A stretch of 64,000 nucleotides of DNA from Rhodopila sp. (GCF_965276935.1 NZ_CBDIBS010000004.1:481306-545305), one strand, 5' to 3'; shown: positions 49,860 to 61,944, counted from the stretch's first letter. Program-made: numbers and translations. Notes: generated from the letters alone by a model not told the origin.

Positions 49860-50891
49860 TTGACAACGCTGCATGAGCATCTTGCTAACTGGTCTGTCGC
49901 AATGATTGACCGGCAGGCGGTGGTTCAGACGATCGCCGCGATCGCATCCGGCGCCGCCGAACTGGCGACAGTAATCGCGCGGGGACCTCTGGCGGGCGAT
50001 GTCGGCCGCATCCTGGGCGCCAGCGCCGACGGCGATGGTCAGAAGGCACTCGACCTATATGCCAACGATGTGTTCACCAACCACCTACGGATTGCCGGCG
50101 TCGCCGCGGTCGCGTCGGAAGAGATGGCGGACGTCGTTGAACTAACCTCGGGCGGTCTGATCGCTGTGGCAATCGACCCGCTGGACGGCTCGAACAACGT
50201 CGACGTCAACGCCCCCATGGGTACGGTGTTCTCCCTGCTGCCGGCGACCGCCTCGGATCAGCCGGAAAACAGCTTCCTAGCGCCTGGTTTCCAACAGCTC
50301 GCCGCCGGCTTCGTTTTATACGGTCCGCACACCGCGTTGGTTTTGACGCTGGGGGATGGGGTGGACATCTTCACCCTCGATCCACGGACACGCGCATTCA
50401 CCCGCACGTGCACCACGCTATGTGTTCCAGCGGGGCGACGAGAATACGCCATCAATGCCTCGAACGGCCGGCACTGGCCGCTGCCAATCCGCTGCTTTGT
50501 GGAGGAATGCGTCGCCGGCGCCGAAGGTCCACGCGGCGTCGACTACAACACCCGCTGGCTTGGCGCCGTCGTCTCCGAAGCCTATCGCATCCTGCTGCAC
50601 GGCGGCATCTACCTGTATCCCGGCGATACTCGCCCTGGCTACCGTCGCGGCCGGTTGCGGCTGCTTTATGAAGCCAACCCGATCGCGCTGCTGCTGGAGC
50701 AGGCGGGCGGCGCGGCCACCGACGGCTTCGGCCGCATCCTGGATCTGGTGCCGGCTGATATCCACGAGCACGTGCCGCTGATCTTCGGTTCGCGGGACAA
50801 GGTGGAGCGGGTGATGGAACTGTATGCCGCCAGTGTCCCGCAGGCCGGGCAGCGCCCGCTGTTCGCCGTGCGCGGCCTGTTCCGGTCCTGA
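49860..50891 (+). CDS. cbbF: Class 1 fructose-1,6-/sedoheptulose-1,7-bisphosphatase
   Basis: GDGQKALD, ASEE, IDPLDGSNN, YAINASN, GGIYLYPGD and LRLLYEANP. Confidence 0.93.
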   Translation: MTTLHEHLANWSVAMIDRQAVVQTIAAIASGAAELATVIARGPLAGDVGRILGASADGDGQKALDLYANDVFTNHLRIAGVAAVASEEMADVVELTSGGLIAVAIDPLDGSNNVDVNAPMGTVFSLLPATASDQPENSFLAPGFQQLAAGFVLYGPHTALVLTLGDGVDIFTLDPRTRAFTRTCTTLCVPAGRREYAINASNGRHWPLPIRCFVEECVAGAEGPRGVDYNTRWLGAVVSEAYRILLHGGIYLYPGDTRPGYRRGRLRLLYEANPIALLLEQAGGAATDGFGRILDLVPADIHEHVPLIFGSRDKVERVMELYAASVPQAGQRPLFAVRGLFRS

Positions 50892-50908
50892 TCGCGAACT
50901 TCGCGCCG

Positions 50909-51784
50909 ATGTCCGTGAAGCATCCCATCATCTCCGTCACCGGCTCGTCTGGCGCCGGCACCACCACGGTAAAATCGACCTTCGAGCGGATCTTCGCGCG
51001 CGAGAAGATCCAGGCCGCCTGGATCGAGGGCGACGCGTTTCATCGCTACGACCGCATCGACATGCGTAACGCCATGGCCGAGGCCGCCGCGACCGGCAAC
51101 AACCACTTCAGCCATTTCGGCCCGGCGGCGAATTTGTTGACCGACCTGGAGAAGGTATTCGCCGAGTATGGCCGTAACGGCACCGGCCAGACCCGCCACT
51201 ACGTCCACGACGATGCAGAGGCACTGCGCTACAGCGCACCACCCGGCACCTTCACCGACTGGAAACCTTTTGCCTCCGGCTCAAACCTGTTGTTCTACGA
51301 AGGCCTGCATGGAGCCGTGGTGACTGAACAGGTGAACGTGGCGCGGTATGCCGACCTGAAGATTGGCGTCGTGCCGGTCATCAATCTTGAATGGATCCAG
51401 AAGATCAACCGCGACAAGGCAACCCGGGGCTACTCGACCGAGGCCGTCACCGACACGATCCTGCGGCGAATGCCGGACTACATCCAGTATATCTGTCCGC
51501 AGTTCACCGAAACCGACGTGAACTTCCAGCGCGTGCCGACAGTCGATACCTCCAACCCGTTCATCGCGCGTTGGATTCCGACCGCCGATGAATCGCTGGT
51601 GGTGATCCGCTTTCGAAGCCCGCGCGGCATCGACTTCGCCTACCTCGTGTCGATGCTGCAAGGCAGCTTCATGTCGCGGGCGAATTCCATCGTTATTCCT
51701 GGCGGAAAGCTCGATCTCGCCATGCAGCTCATTCTGACACCGATGATCCTGCAGCTTATCGAACGTGCGCGGCGGGCGAGCTGA
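50909..51784 (+). CDS. cbbP: Phosphoribulokinase (proteobacterial type)
   Basis: HPIISVTGSSGAGTTT, EGDAFHRYDR, LLFYEGLHG and NFQRVPTVDTSNPF. Confidence 0.96.
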   Translation: MSVKHPIISVTGSSGAGTTTVKSTFERIFAREKIQAAWIEGDAFHRYDRIDMRNAMAEAAATGNNHFSHFGPAANLLTDLEKVFAEYGRNGTGQTRHYVHDDAEALRYSAPPGTFTDWKPFASGSNLLFYEGLHGAVVTEQVNVARYADLKIGVVPVINLEWIQKINRDKATRGYSTEAVTDTILRRMPDYIQYICPQFTETDVNFQRVPTVDTSNPFIARWIPTADESLVVIRFRSPRGIDFAYLVSMLQGSFMSRANSIVIPGGKLDLAMQLILTPMILQLIERARRAS

Positions 51785-51857
51785 ACCGTTGCGTTGGAAC
51801 ACCCACGGCGATCGCGATCCGATCATCGGCAATACGAAACAGACCCGGTCAGCCTGA

Positions 51858-53354
<1,497 letters not shown>

Positions 53355-53501
53355 TGTCCTGCCCCCGAAGTTCGTCATACCTCATGATGGACAGAGGGAT
53401 AACCAGTCCACTGCAAACGGTCCGGCTCTTTTGTTTGACTGCATGGTTCACGCGCTCTGAACGTTCCGCTCAATGCGATCATGCTTTGGAAGGTTTTTGT
53501 C

Positions 53502-53921
53502 ATGCGCATCACTCAAGGCACATTCAGTTTCCTGCCCGACCTGACTGACGAGCAGATCACCCGCCAGGTTGCCTACTGCCAGCGCAATGGCTGGGCGGTG
53601 AACATCGAGTTCACCGATGACCCGCATCCCCGCAACACGTACTGGGAGATGTGGGGCCAGCCGATGTTCGATCTGAAAGATCCGGCCGCGGTCATGTATG
53701 AACTCGACGCGTGTCGCAAGGTCTACAAGGGACGCGGGTATATACGGTTGTCGGCATTCGATGCGACAGCGGGATGGGAGAGTGTACGGCTGTCCTTCCT
53801 GACCGACCGGCCGGAGGAAGAACCTGGCTTCATGCTGGAAAGGCAAGAGGCGGACGGAAGGTCGGTTCGCTACACCACCCGGGCTTATGCCGCGAACAAG
53901 CCGGCGGGGGCGCGGTATTAG
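53502..53921 (+). CDS. cbbS: RuBisCO small subunit, red type
   Basis: MRITQGTFSFLPDLTDEQI, TDDPHPRNTYWEMWG and a C-terminal beta-hairpin extension. RBS GGAAGG before ATG 53502. Confidence 0.97.
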   Translation: MRITQGTFSFLPDLTDEQITRQVAYCQRNGWAVNIEFTDDPHPRNTYWEMWGQPMFDLKDPAAVMYELDACRKVYKGRGYIRLSAFDATAGWESVRLSFLTDRPEEEPGFMLERQEADGRSVRYTTRAYAANKPAGARY

Positions 53922-53988
53922 CCTTATAAACCAACGCATGATGCACGGTTAGCGCTTTCCCGCTTTTAACCGCCAGGACACCCACGTT

Positions 53989-54906
53989 ATGGCCGACGCC
54001 ACCGCCACGCCGGTCATCGACCTTCGCGCCAGCTTCGACGCCTCCGGTGTAGGACCAGTCCTGGAACAACTGGACCGCGAACTGGTCGGCCTGAAGCCGG
54101 TGAAACGCCGCATCCGAGAGATCGCGGCGCTGCTGCTGGTGGACAAGCTGCGGCGCGATGTCGGACTGATCGCGCAGCCGCCGACCCTGCACATGTCGTT
54201 CACCGGCAATCCCGGCACCGGCAAAACCACCGTCGCCGCGCGCATGGCCGACATCCTGCACCGGCTGGGCTATATCCGCTCCAACCACCTGGTATCAGTC
54301 ACCCGCGATGACCTTGTCGGGCAATATATCGGCCATACCGCGCCCAAGACCAAGGAAATCCTGAAGAAGGCGATGGGCGGCGTGCTGTTCATCGACGAGG
54401 CCTACTATCTCTACCGGCCGGAGAACGAGCGCGACTACGGCCAGGAAGCCATTGAGATCCTGCTGCAGGTGATGGAAAGTCGGCGCGACGACCTGGTGGT
54501 GATCCTGGCGGGCTACGCCGACCGGATGGACCGCTTCTTCACCTCCAATCCTGGCTTCCGGTCACGCATCGCGCATCACGTCGATTTCCCGGACTACCAC
54601 CCGACCGAGTTGATGGCGATCGCGGAGCTGATGCTGCAGGCGCAGAATTACCGCTTCAGCCCGGAGGCCCGCAAAGCCTTTACGCAATACCTGGACGCAA
54701 GGATGCAGCAACCCCACTTTTCCAATGCCCGGTCCGTCCGCAACGCTTTGGATCGTGTTCGGCTGCGCCATGCGGTGCGGCTGTTCGAGACACGCGACCA
54801 CCCCTTGACCGTCGAGGACCTGATGACCTTGCGCCCGGATGAAATCCTCGCCAGCCGCGTCTTTAGCGCCGCATCGGAGCCGGTGCCAGGAGCGCCCGCA
54901 GCATGA
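53989..54906 (+). CDS. cbbX: Red-type RuBisCO activase CbbX (AAA+)
   Basis: [36 protein letters not shown] and FSNARSVRN. Confidence 0.96.
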   Translation: MADATATPVIDLRASFDASGVGPVLEQLDRELVGLKPVKRRIREIAALLLVDKLRRDVGLIAQPPTLHMSFTGNPGTGKTTVAARMADILHRLGYIRSNHLVSVTRDDLVGQYIGHTAPKTKEILKKAMGGVLFIDEAYYLYRPENERDYGQEAIEILLQVMESRRDDLVVILAGYADRMDRFFTSNPGFRSRIAHHVDFPDYHPTELMAIAELMLQAQNYRFSPEARKAFTQYLDARMQQPHFSNARSVRNALDRVRLRHAVRLFETRDHPLTVEDLMTLRPDEILASRVFSAASEPVPGAPAA

Positions 54907-55562
54907 AAACCGCGCTCATTGCTCCGTCGATCCTGTCGGCGGATTTCTCCAGGCTGGGGGATGAAGTGCGCGCCATCGACGCGGCCGGCGCCGATTGGAT
55001 CCACCTGGACGTGATGGATGGGCATTACGTGCCCAACATTACCTTCGGCCCAGACATTATCCGTGCCATCCGCAAGTCGTCGGACAAGTGCTTCGACGCC
55101 CATTTGATGATCAGCCCGGTGGACGACTATCTGGAAGCCTTCGGCGCCGCCGGCGTGGACCGGATCACCGTGCACGCCGAGGCGACACGCCACCTCGACC
55201 GTACGTTGCAGGCGATTGGCGCAATGGGCAAGAAGGCCGGTGTCGCGCTGAACCCGGCAACGCCGGAAAGCGTGATTGAATACGTCCTTGATCGGCTGGA
55301 CCTCGTGCTGATCATGACCGTGAACCCGGGCTTTGGCGGCCAGCGGTTCATTGAGGCTCAGGTGGACAAGATCCGCCGCGTGCGAAGGATGATCGGCGAT
55401 CGACCAATCATTATTGAGGTGGATGGTGGTATCACGCCGGAAACGGCGCCTCGGGTCATCGAGGCCGGCGCATCGGCTTTGGTCGCCGGGTCGGCAATAT
55501 TCGGCCGTCCGCCTTACGCCCGCGCCATCGCTGCGCTGCGGGGTGTTCCATCGACCGCGTGA
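54903..55562 (+). CDS. cbbE: Ribulose-phosphate 3-epimerase
   Basis: [37 protein letters not shown] and VAGSA. Confidence 0.95.
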   Translation: MKTALIAPSILSADFSRLGDEVRAIDAAGADWIHLDVMDGHYVPNITFGPDIIRAIRKSSDKCFDAHLMISPVDDYLEAFGAAGVDRITVHAEATRHLDRTLQAIGAMGKKAGVALNPATPESVIEYVLDRLDLVLIMTVNPGFGGQRFIEAQVDKIRRVRRMIGDRPIIIEVDGGITPETAPRVIEAGASALVAGSAIFGRPPYARAIAALRGVPSTA

Positions 55563-55639
55563 CCTCGGCGAAAGCGTGCAGCCATTTGCATTCCAGCACT
55601 TCCGTGATCGATAGCGTCACGCGTTTCGAGGCACCGAGT

Positions 55640-56329
55640 ATGGCATCTTTTGACCTTACCTCCGTGACGACCCTCACCTTCGATTGCTATGGCACCCTGA
55701 TCGACTGGGAAGCCGGTACGATCGAAGCGCTGCGACCCTTGCTGATCCGGCACGGGATCGTGCTTTCGGACGACGAGATCATCGCGACATGCCAAGAACT
55801 TGAAGACGAGCTGCGCGAACCGCCCTACAAGTCCTACAAGGCGGTGCTAAGTGGCGTCGTGGCGGGATTTGGGCGCCGATTCAGTTTTCCGGTCGAGCCC
55901 ACGGAACAAAACCTGTTGGCTGGCTCGGTTGCGTCATGGCGACCATTTCCCGATACGGTCGAGACGTTGCGTGCGCTAAGGCGCCGCTATCGGCTGGCGA
56001 TCATTTCGAACATCGACGATGACATGTTCGCAGTCTCCGTGCCCAAGCTTGGCACCTGGTTTGATCAAATCGTAACGAGCGAGCAGGCCAGATGCTACAA
56101 GCCTGATCTGCCGATTTTCGAGGAGGCTCTTCGCCGCCTCACAGCGGCACCAGCAACGGTTGCGCATGTCGCCGAGGGCGCTACGGAAGTTCAACCTGCC
56201 AGGCGGCTTGGCTGTGCCACGGTCTGGATTCGCCGCAATGGCCGCTCAGCTAAGCTGCTCACCGAAGTTCCGGACGTTCAGGTGCCTGACATGCGATCCC
56301 TGCTCACCACTCTGGGTGTCAACGGCTGA
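55640..56329 (+). CDS. HAD-superfamily hydrolase (haloacid dehalogenase type II-like)
   Basis: FDCYGTLIDWE, PFPDT, ISNID and YKPD. ATG 55640 preferred as start. Confidence 0.82.
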   Translation: MASFDLTSVTTLTFDCYGTLIDWEAGTIEALRPLLIRHGIVLSDDEIIATCQELEDELREPPYKSYKAVLSGVVAGFGRRFSFPVEPTEQNLLAGSVASWRPFPDTVETLRALRRRYRLAIISNIDDDMFAVSVPKLGTWFDQIVTSEQARCYKPDLPIFEEALRRLTAAPATVAHVAEGATEVQPARRLGCATVWIRRNGRSAKLLTEVPDVQVPDMRSLLTTLGVNG

Positions 56330-56390
56330 ACACGGCGGTAGCCGGTGGCTGGTTCTGTCATGGCGATCACAGGCGTCATGAGGTAGTGGA

Positions 56391-56418
56391 TTCCTGGCCT
56401 CACAAAATAGGCCGGGAA
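56391..56418. terminator. Stem-loop between the convergent HAD and MFS genes
   Basis: TTCCTGGCCT-CACAAAAT-AGGCCGGGAA, a 10-bp stem with one G-U pair. Confidence 0.5.
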
Positions 56419-56426
56419 GCTCTGAA

Positions 56427-58109
56427 CTACGCCGGCGACGTCTCTTCGATCTCGCTTCGCAACGTCCGCTCTGGCAGGCCGAGCACCAGAATGAAGGCGG
56501 CTGTCATCATGACACCACTCAGCAGGAAGCAACCCATCAGCGCCGTTCGGTAAGCCACGCTCACCGCCGCCTGCTGAACGGAGCTTAGGCGGGACAAAGC
56601 CTGCATTCCATGCGCGTTCAATGCGGCCAGGTTCAACGTCCCGTGCGCGCCTGCGGTGGCAAGGCGGGCGGACATGATCGTTCCCGACGTCGCGACGCCG
56701 AGTGCACCGCCAAGCGATCGGGCGAAGCTCATCGCGCCTGTTGCCGCGCCGAGTTCCCGATGCGCCACCGCGTTCTGCACGGCGGTCGTTAGGTTTGGCA
56801 TCCCCATGCCCATGCCGAGGCCCAGCGCGCCCATCGAAACCAGGAATGCCACGGGTGAGGCGCCAATAAAAGCAAACGCAGCAAGGCTGGCCAGCGCAAT
56901 CGCCTCCAATCCCAGGCCGGTCAGCAGGAAGGGCTTGTTGCGTCCAAGCCGCGTGACGATGCGGCCGCCGACGATGGAGGAAAGCAGCATGCCCGCCACC
57001 TGCGGCAGCAGCATCATTCCCGCCACCGCCGGGTCCATGCCGAGTACCAACTGGAAATAGAGCGGAAGGAAGACGGTAGACCCCAACATCGCAAAAGCCA
57101 TCATTCCGCCAACCGCCACGCCGCGCGCGAAAACCGGGTTGCGGAACAGCGGCAGGCGGATCAGCGGTTCCGGCGCACGTCCCTCCTGCCAAATGAACAG
57201 GCCGAAGAGTACCGCCGTCATGATCAGAAGACCGGCGCTATCGACTGAGATCCAGCCGAACTCCGTGCCACCCCACGCCAGCAACAGCAGCAGCGCTGCC
57301 GTCGCGCCGGTCAGCAACAATGCCCCGGCGTAATCGATCGACCGCCTTTGCCCGGATGGCGGCTTGCGCAGCCCGATCGCAATCATCACCAGCGCCAGCA
57401 GACCCACAGGCAGATTGACGTAGAACACCCAGCGCCAGGACAGCGCCGAGGTGATGAAACCGCCGAGCAACGGTCCGGCGACGCTGGAAAGCGCGAAGGT
57501 GCCGGTGAACAATCCCTGATAGCGGGGCCGCTCCCGCGGCGAAACCACGTCTCCGATCGCCGCCTGTGCCAGCACTAGCAGCCCACCCGCACCCAGACCT
57601 TGCAGCGCCCGGAAGGCAATGATCTGCTCCATGGACCGCGCCGCGCCGCAAAGCAGCGAACCCACCAGGAACACCAGGATTGCGACGAAGAAGAGTGTCC
57701 GCCGGCCATAGATATCGGACAGCTTGCCATAGAGCGGCGTCGTGGTCGTCGAGGTCAGCATGAACGCCGTCACCACCCATGACAGGTGCGACATGCCGCC
57801 GAGGTCACCCGCCATCCGAGGCAAGGCGGTGTTGACGATGTTCTGGTCCAGTGCCGCGAGCACCATTGCCAGCAGCGCCCCGGCCAACACGGTTCGCAAC
57901 TGGGCTGCCGGTGCCGTCGCGTTACGCGGCGCCGGAAGCGGGGACGAGGACGCGAAGGACGTTGCGACCGGAGCGCCGGCGGGGCGCGCAACGTCAGGAT
58001 GGGCCGGAATGTTCACGGTCGCTCCGTTTGATCTGGACTGGGGTGCATATAGGCTTCTGCCGCATCTGGCGCGATTTTCTCGCCGTGGCGTGGCGAGGGG
58101 CGGATGCAC
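56427..58109 (-). CDS. MFS multidrug efflux transporter (EmrB/QacA-like, 14 TMS)
   Basis: LAALDQNIVNTALP, YGKLSDIYGRR, RALQGLGAGG and GPLLGG. True start is probably further downstream (near 58016). Confidence 0.9.
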   Translation of the reverse strand: MHPPLATPRRENRARCGRSLYAPQSRSNGATVNIPAHPDVARPAGAPVATSFASSSPLPAPRNATAPAAQLRTVLAGALLAMVLAALDQNIVNTALPRMAGDLGGMSHLSWVVTAFMLTSTTTTPLYGKLSDIYGRRTLFFVAILVFLVGSLLCGAARSMEQIIAFRALQGLGAGGLLVLAQAAIGDVVSPRERPRYQGLFTGTFALSSVAGPLLGGFITSALSWRWVFYVNLPVGLLALVMIAIGLRKPPSGQRRSIDYAGALLLTGATAALLLLLAWGGTEFGWISVDSAGLLIMTAVLFGLFIWQEGRAPEPLIRLPLFRNPVFARGVAVGGMMAFAMLGSTVFLPLYFQLVLGMDPAVAGMMLLPQVAGMLLSSIVGGRIVTRLGRNKPFLLTGLGLEAIALASLAAFAFIGASPVAFLVSMGALGLGMGMGMPNLTTAVQNAVAHRELGAATGAMSFARSLGGALGVATSGTIMSARLATAGAHGTLNLAALNAHGMQALSRLSSVQQAAVSVAYRTALMGCFLLSGVMMTAAFILVLGLPERTLRSEIEETSPA

Positions 58110-58121
58110 CTTTGCGGCTCC

Positions 58122-58172
58122 AGGGGTTCCAAGGGCATCCGCCCTTGGCGGGGTCGAGGGGCGGAGCTCCCA
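58122..58172. repeat. REP-like palindromic intergenic element
   Basis: CCAAGGGC-ATCC-GCCCTTGG perfect hairpin followed by GGGGTCGAGGGGCGGAGCTCCC. Confidence 0.5.
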
Positions 58173-58274
58173 CCTTCGTCACGCAACTGCCATGCACTGC
58201 GGGCGTGACACGGACCGGAACGCGGGCTAACAGGTCGGCTGCCGCAATCCTCCGGACAATCTCCCTTTCGCGCC

Positions 58275-59999
58275 ATGTCAGCCACGCTTCATCCCCCGAT
58301 GGCCGCCGGAAGGCGGCTGCCAAACGTCTGGGACGCCGTCGCCATTTTGTGCGTTTTCGGCGCGCTGATCGCGGTCGGCCATGTGGCCGAGGGCACGATG
58401 GTCCCGATCAACGCGCCGGGCGCCACCGACGTCAGCCTCGATCCAGTGAACCTGCCCAACTATGCAATTCGTACCACACTGCGAATGTTCGCGGCACTTG
58501 CCGCCTCGTTACTGTTCACCTTCACCTACGGCACCGCGGCGGCGAAAAGCCGGCGCGCCGCGCTGGTGCTGGTGCCGATCCTGGACGTGCTGCAATCGGT
58601 GCCGATCCTGGGGTTCCTGACTTTCACCGTGGTCTTCTTCATGAGCTTGTTCCCCGGCCAGGTGCTGGGCCTGGAGCTGGCGGCGATCTTCGCCATCTTC
58701 ACCAGCCAGGCCTGGAACATGGCGTTCAGCCTGTACCAGTCGCTGAAGACCGTGCCCGCCGATCTGACCGAGGCCTCCGACAGCTTCCACCTCACCGCCT
58801 GGCAGCGATTCTGGAAGCTGGAAGTGCCGTTCGCCGTTCCCGGCCTGGTCTGGAACACGATGGTGTCGATGTCCGGCGGCTGGTTCTTTGTCGTGGCGTC
58901 GGAGGCCGTCTCGGTCGGCGACAACAACTGGAAGCTGCCCGGCATTGGCTCCTATGTCGCGCTGGCGCTGGAGCGAAAGGATATCGCCGCCGTGCTTTGG
59001 GCGATCCTGGCAATGCTGCTGGTGATCCTGGCCTACGACCAGTTGCTGTTCCGCCCGCTGGTTGCCTGGTCGGCGAAATTTCGCTTCGAAACCACCGCCG
59101 GCGCCACCGCCTCTGATCCCTGGATGCTGCGCCTGATGCGGCGTACGCGGCTGCTCAAGATTGCCGGTGAGGCAGTCGGCGATGCCCTCGCCTTCCTGGG
59201 TGGGTTGCGCCTCTCCATTGGCACCCGCCCGCGCGACAACTTTACCCGGCCGTCACGTGCCCTGGACGCGACCTGGATTGGGATTCTGGTCATTCTGGTC
59301 GGGCTGGCGATCTGGCGCGTGGCCGTCTTCGCGTCCTCGGCCCTGACATGGCCCGATGTGGCTGAAGCGGTGGGCCTCGGGCTGATCACCCTGCTGCGCG
59401 TCGTCGTGCTGATGATCCTGGCGACGCTGCTATGGGTCCCCATCGGCGTCTGGCTGGGTCTGCGCCCGGTGTGGGCGAGGCGGGCGCAGCCGCTCGCACA
59501 GTTCCTGGCGGCGTTTCCGGCCAATCTGCTGTTTCCGCCGGTGGTGCTGTTCATCGTCCACTTCCGGTTGAGCCCGGATATATGGCTGACGCCGCTGATG
59601 ATCCTCGGCACGCAGTGGTATATTCTGTTCAATGTGGTCGCCGGCGCCGCTGCGTTCCCGGGCGATTTGAAGGAGACGGCCGCCAATTTTCGTATCGGCG
59701 GCCTGCTGTGGTGGCGCAAGGTGATCGTCCCGGGGATTTTTCCCTATTATGTCACCGGGGCGATTACCGCATCGGGCGGTTGCTGGAATGCCGCGATCGT
59801 GGCCGAGGTGGCGTCCTGGGGCAATACCAGGCTGCAAGCGCATGGACTGGGCGCCTACATCGCTGATGCGACCGACAAGGGCGACATGGCTCGCGTTGTC
59901 TTAGGGGTCGTGGTGATGTCGGCCTTCGTCGTGCTGTTCAACCGTGTGCTGTGGCGGCCGTTGTATGGCTATGCGCAGCGGCGTCTCACTTTGACCTGA
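58275..59999 (+). CDS. NitT/TauT-family ABC permease with duplicated TM domains
   Basis: LDVLQSVPILGF, SQAWNM, two ABC TM repeats, and ITASGGCWNAAIVAE. Confidence 0.88.
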   Translation: MSATLHPPMAAGRRLPNVWDAVAILCVFGALIAVGHVAEGTMVPINAPGATDVSLDPVNLPNYAIRTTLRMFAALAASLLFTFTYGTAAAKSRRAALVLVPILDVLQSVPILGFLTFTVVFFMSLFPGQVLGLELAAIFAIFTSQAWNMAFSLYQSLKTVPADLTEASDSFHLTAWQRFWKLEVPFAVPGLVWNTMVSMSGGWFFVVASEAVSVGDNNWKLPGIGSYVALALERKDIAAVLWAILAMLLVILAYDQLLFRPLVAWSAKFRFETTAGATASDPWMLRLMRRTRLLKIAGEAVGDALAFLGGLRLSIGTRPRDNFTRPSRALDATWIGILVILVGLAIWRVAVFASSALTWPDVAEAVGLGLITLLRVVVLMILATLLWVPIGVWLGLRPVWARRAQPLAQFLAAFPANLLFPPVVLFIVHFRLSPDIWLTPLMILGTQWYILFNVVAGAAAFPGDLKETAANFRIGGLLWWRKVIVPGIFPYYVTGAITASGGCWNAAIVAEVASWGNTRLQAHGLGAYIADATDKGDMARVVLGVVVMSAFVVLFNRVLWRPLYGYAQRRLTLT

Positions 60000-60011
60000 G
60001 GATGAAACGCC

Positions 60012-61325
60012 ATGGACAGCACGGTCGAAGTCCGCCCCAGCCTGATCGAGGTCAAGGACTGCCGGCAGGCTTACCACAAGGACGCCAACGCCGACCTGGT
60101 GGTGCTGGACAACGTCAATCTGACCTTGCGCGAGGGCGAGATCGTCGCGCTGCTGGGCCGCTCCGGCTCCGGCAAGTCCACCCTGCTGCGCATCGTCTCG
60201 GGCCTGCTGCGGCCGACCTCCGGCACCGTGCTGTGGCGCGGCGCTCCGGTCATGGGGCCGACTGACGGCGTCGCGATGGTGTTCCAGAGCTTCGCGCTGT
60301 TTCCCTGGCTGACGGTGCAGGAAAACGTCGAGATCGGCCTGGAAGCGCGCGGCGTGCACCGGGCGGAGCGCGAAATCCGTGCCGAAGCGGCGATCGACAT
60401 GATCGGCCTCGGCGGCTTCGAAAACGCCTATCCGAAGGAGCTGTCCGGCGGCATGCGCCAGCGCGTCGGCCTGGCCCGCGCCCTGGTGGTGCATCCCGAT
60501 CTGTTGCTGATGGACGAGCCGTTCAGCGCACTCGACGTGCTGACGGCGGAGACGCTGCGCACCGACCTGATCGACCTCTGGATGGACGGCAAGCTGCCGG
60601 TGAAGTCGGTGCTGATGGTTACCCACAACATCGAGGAGGCAGTGCTGATGTGCGACCGCATCCTGGTCTTCTCGTCCAGTCCAGGACGGGTCGCCAGCGA
60701 GTTGAAGGTGCCGTTCCCGCATCCGCGCAATCGGCTGGATGAGGATTTCCGGCAGATGGTGGACGATATCTATGCGCTGATGACCCGGCGCGTGCCGGTA
60801 GGGCCAAAGACCGCCGCCTCCGCGCCCGTTTCGCCGTTGGCCACGCCGCTGCCGAAGGTCGGCACCAACATCATGTCCGGCCTGATGGAGACCCTGGCGA
60901 CCGAGCCTTATGACGGCAGGGCCGACCTGCCGGCGCTGGCTGCGGCGTTGCAGTATGAGGTCGATGACATCCTGCCGTTGGGCGAGACCTTGCAGTTGCT
61001 GCGCTTCGCCCTATTCGAAGAAGGCGACATCACCCTGACCGCGCTCGGCCAGGCATTCGTCAATGCCGATGTGGACGAACGCAAACGTATCTTCGCCGAA
61101 ACACTGCGCCAGCACGTGCCGCTGGTGAGCATGATCCGGCAGGTGCTGGACGAACGCTGGAACCACCGCGCCTCGGCGGTGCGGTTCCGCGATGAGCTGG
61201 AAGACCACATGTCGCCGGACTACGCCGAAGACACGCTGCGGACGGTGATCGCATGGGGGCGCTATGCTGAGATATTCTCGTATGATGAGGAAGCCGAGCA
61301 GTTCGGTCTGGAGGATATTGAGTAA
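60012..61325 (+). CDS. NitT/TauT-family ABC ATPase with AAA-associated C-terminal domain
   Basis: GRSGSGKS, ELSGGMRQR, LLMDEPFSALD and C-terminal TVIAWGRYAEIF.YD. Confidence 0.9.
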   Translation: MDSTVEVRPSLIEVKDCRQAYHKDANADLVVLDNVNLTLREGEIVALLGRSGSGKSTLLRIVSGLLRPTSGTVLWRGAPVMGPTDGVAMVFQSFALFPWLTVQENVEIGLEARGVHRAEREIRAEAAIDMIGLGGFENAYPKELSGGMRQRVGLARALVVHPDLLLMDEPFSALDVLTAETLRTDLIDLWMDGKLPVKSVLMVTHNIEEAVLMCDRILVFSSSPGRVASELKVPFPHPRNRLDEDFRQMVDDIYALMTRRVPVGPKTAASAPVSPLATPLPKVGTNIMSGLMETLATEPYDGRADLPALAAALQYEVDDILPLGETLQLLRFALFEEGDITLTALGQAFVNADVDERKRIFAETLRQHVPLVSMIRQVLDERWNHRASAVRFRDELEDHMSPDYAEDTLRTVIAWGRYAEIFSYDEEAEQFGLEDIE

Positions 61326-61402
61326 GGGTTTGGCCTGGGGTTGGAGGTGCTAGAGATTTGCCGGTCCAGGACACGTCCGGGAGGTTCGCGGCGCTGAGTT
61401 GC

Positions 61403-61879
61403 TTAAGAAAGCAGCCGAAACCACCGCGGCACACGGCCGGCGTAGTCTTGCCAGGCCGCGCCGAATGATGCCGCCAAGTGCGACTCCTCCCGCTTGATGG
61501 CAAGACCCGTTACGGCCCGGGCGGCAACCGCGGCCATGCCTGCGAACCAGAGATTGTCGAACGCAAGCGCGGCGCCGGCGAGCATTAGGGTGTTGCCCAG
61601 ATAGATCGGGTTTCGAGAGACTGAGAATGGACCCGAGGTCACCAGGGCGGTCGCGGCGCGATGAGGCAGTATATTTGCGTGATGCCGGCGCATCGACAGC
61701 ATGGCTGATCCGTCGAACGCCAGCCCACTCAGCATGACAATGGCGCCGACAGGGCGGATACCGCCGGCAATGCAGCCGCTCAACGGTATCCGCCGATTCA
61801 GCGCGACCGCTGCCACCACCGCCGCACCATAGATCAGGGGTGGCCAAGGAACGGTGTTCGGAACAGTCTTGCGGTCCAT
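61403..61879 (-). CDS. Isoprenylcysteine carboxylmethyltransferase/PEMT-family membrane protein
   Basis: PWPPLIY, LVTSGPFSVSRNPIYLG, IKREE..L...FG..W.DY..RVPRW. Confidence 0.85.
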   Translation of the reverse strand: MDRKTVPNTVPWPPLIYGAAVVAAVALNRRIPLSGCIAGGIRPVGAIVMLSGLAFDGSAMLSMRRHHANILPHRAATALVTSGPFSVSRNPIYLGNTLMLAGAALAFDNLWFAGMAAVAARAVTGLAIKREESHLAASFGAAWQDYAGRVPRWFRLLS

Positions 61880-61944
61880 GAGATGTCTCGGTCGGTGACG
61901 CAGGAACTGGGTGAGGGTGTGTCCCGGTTCAGCAAGTCGGAGGT

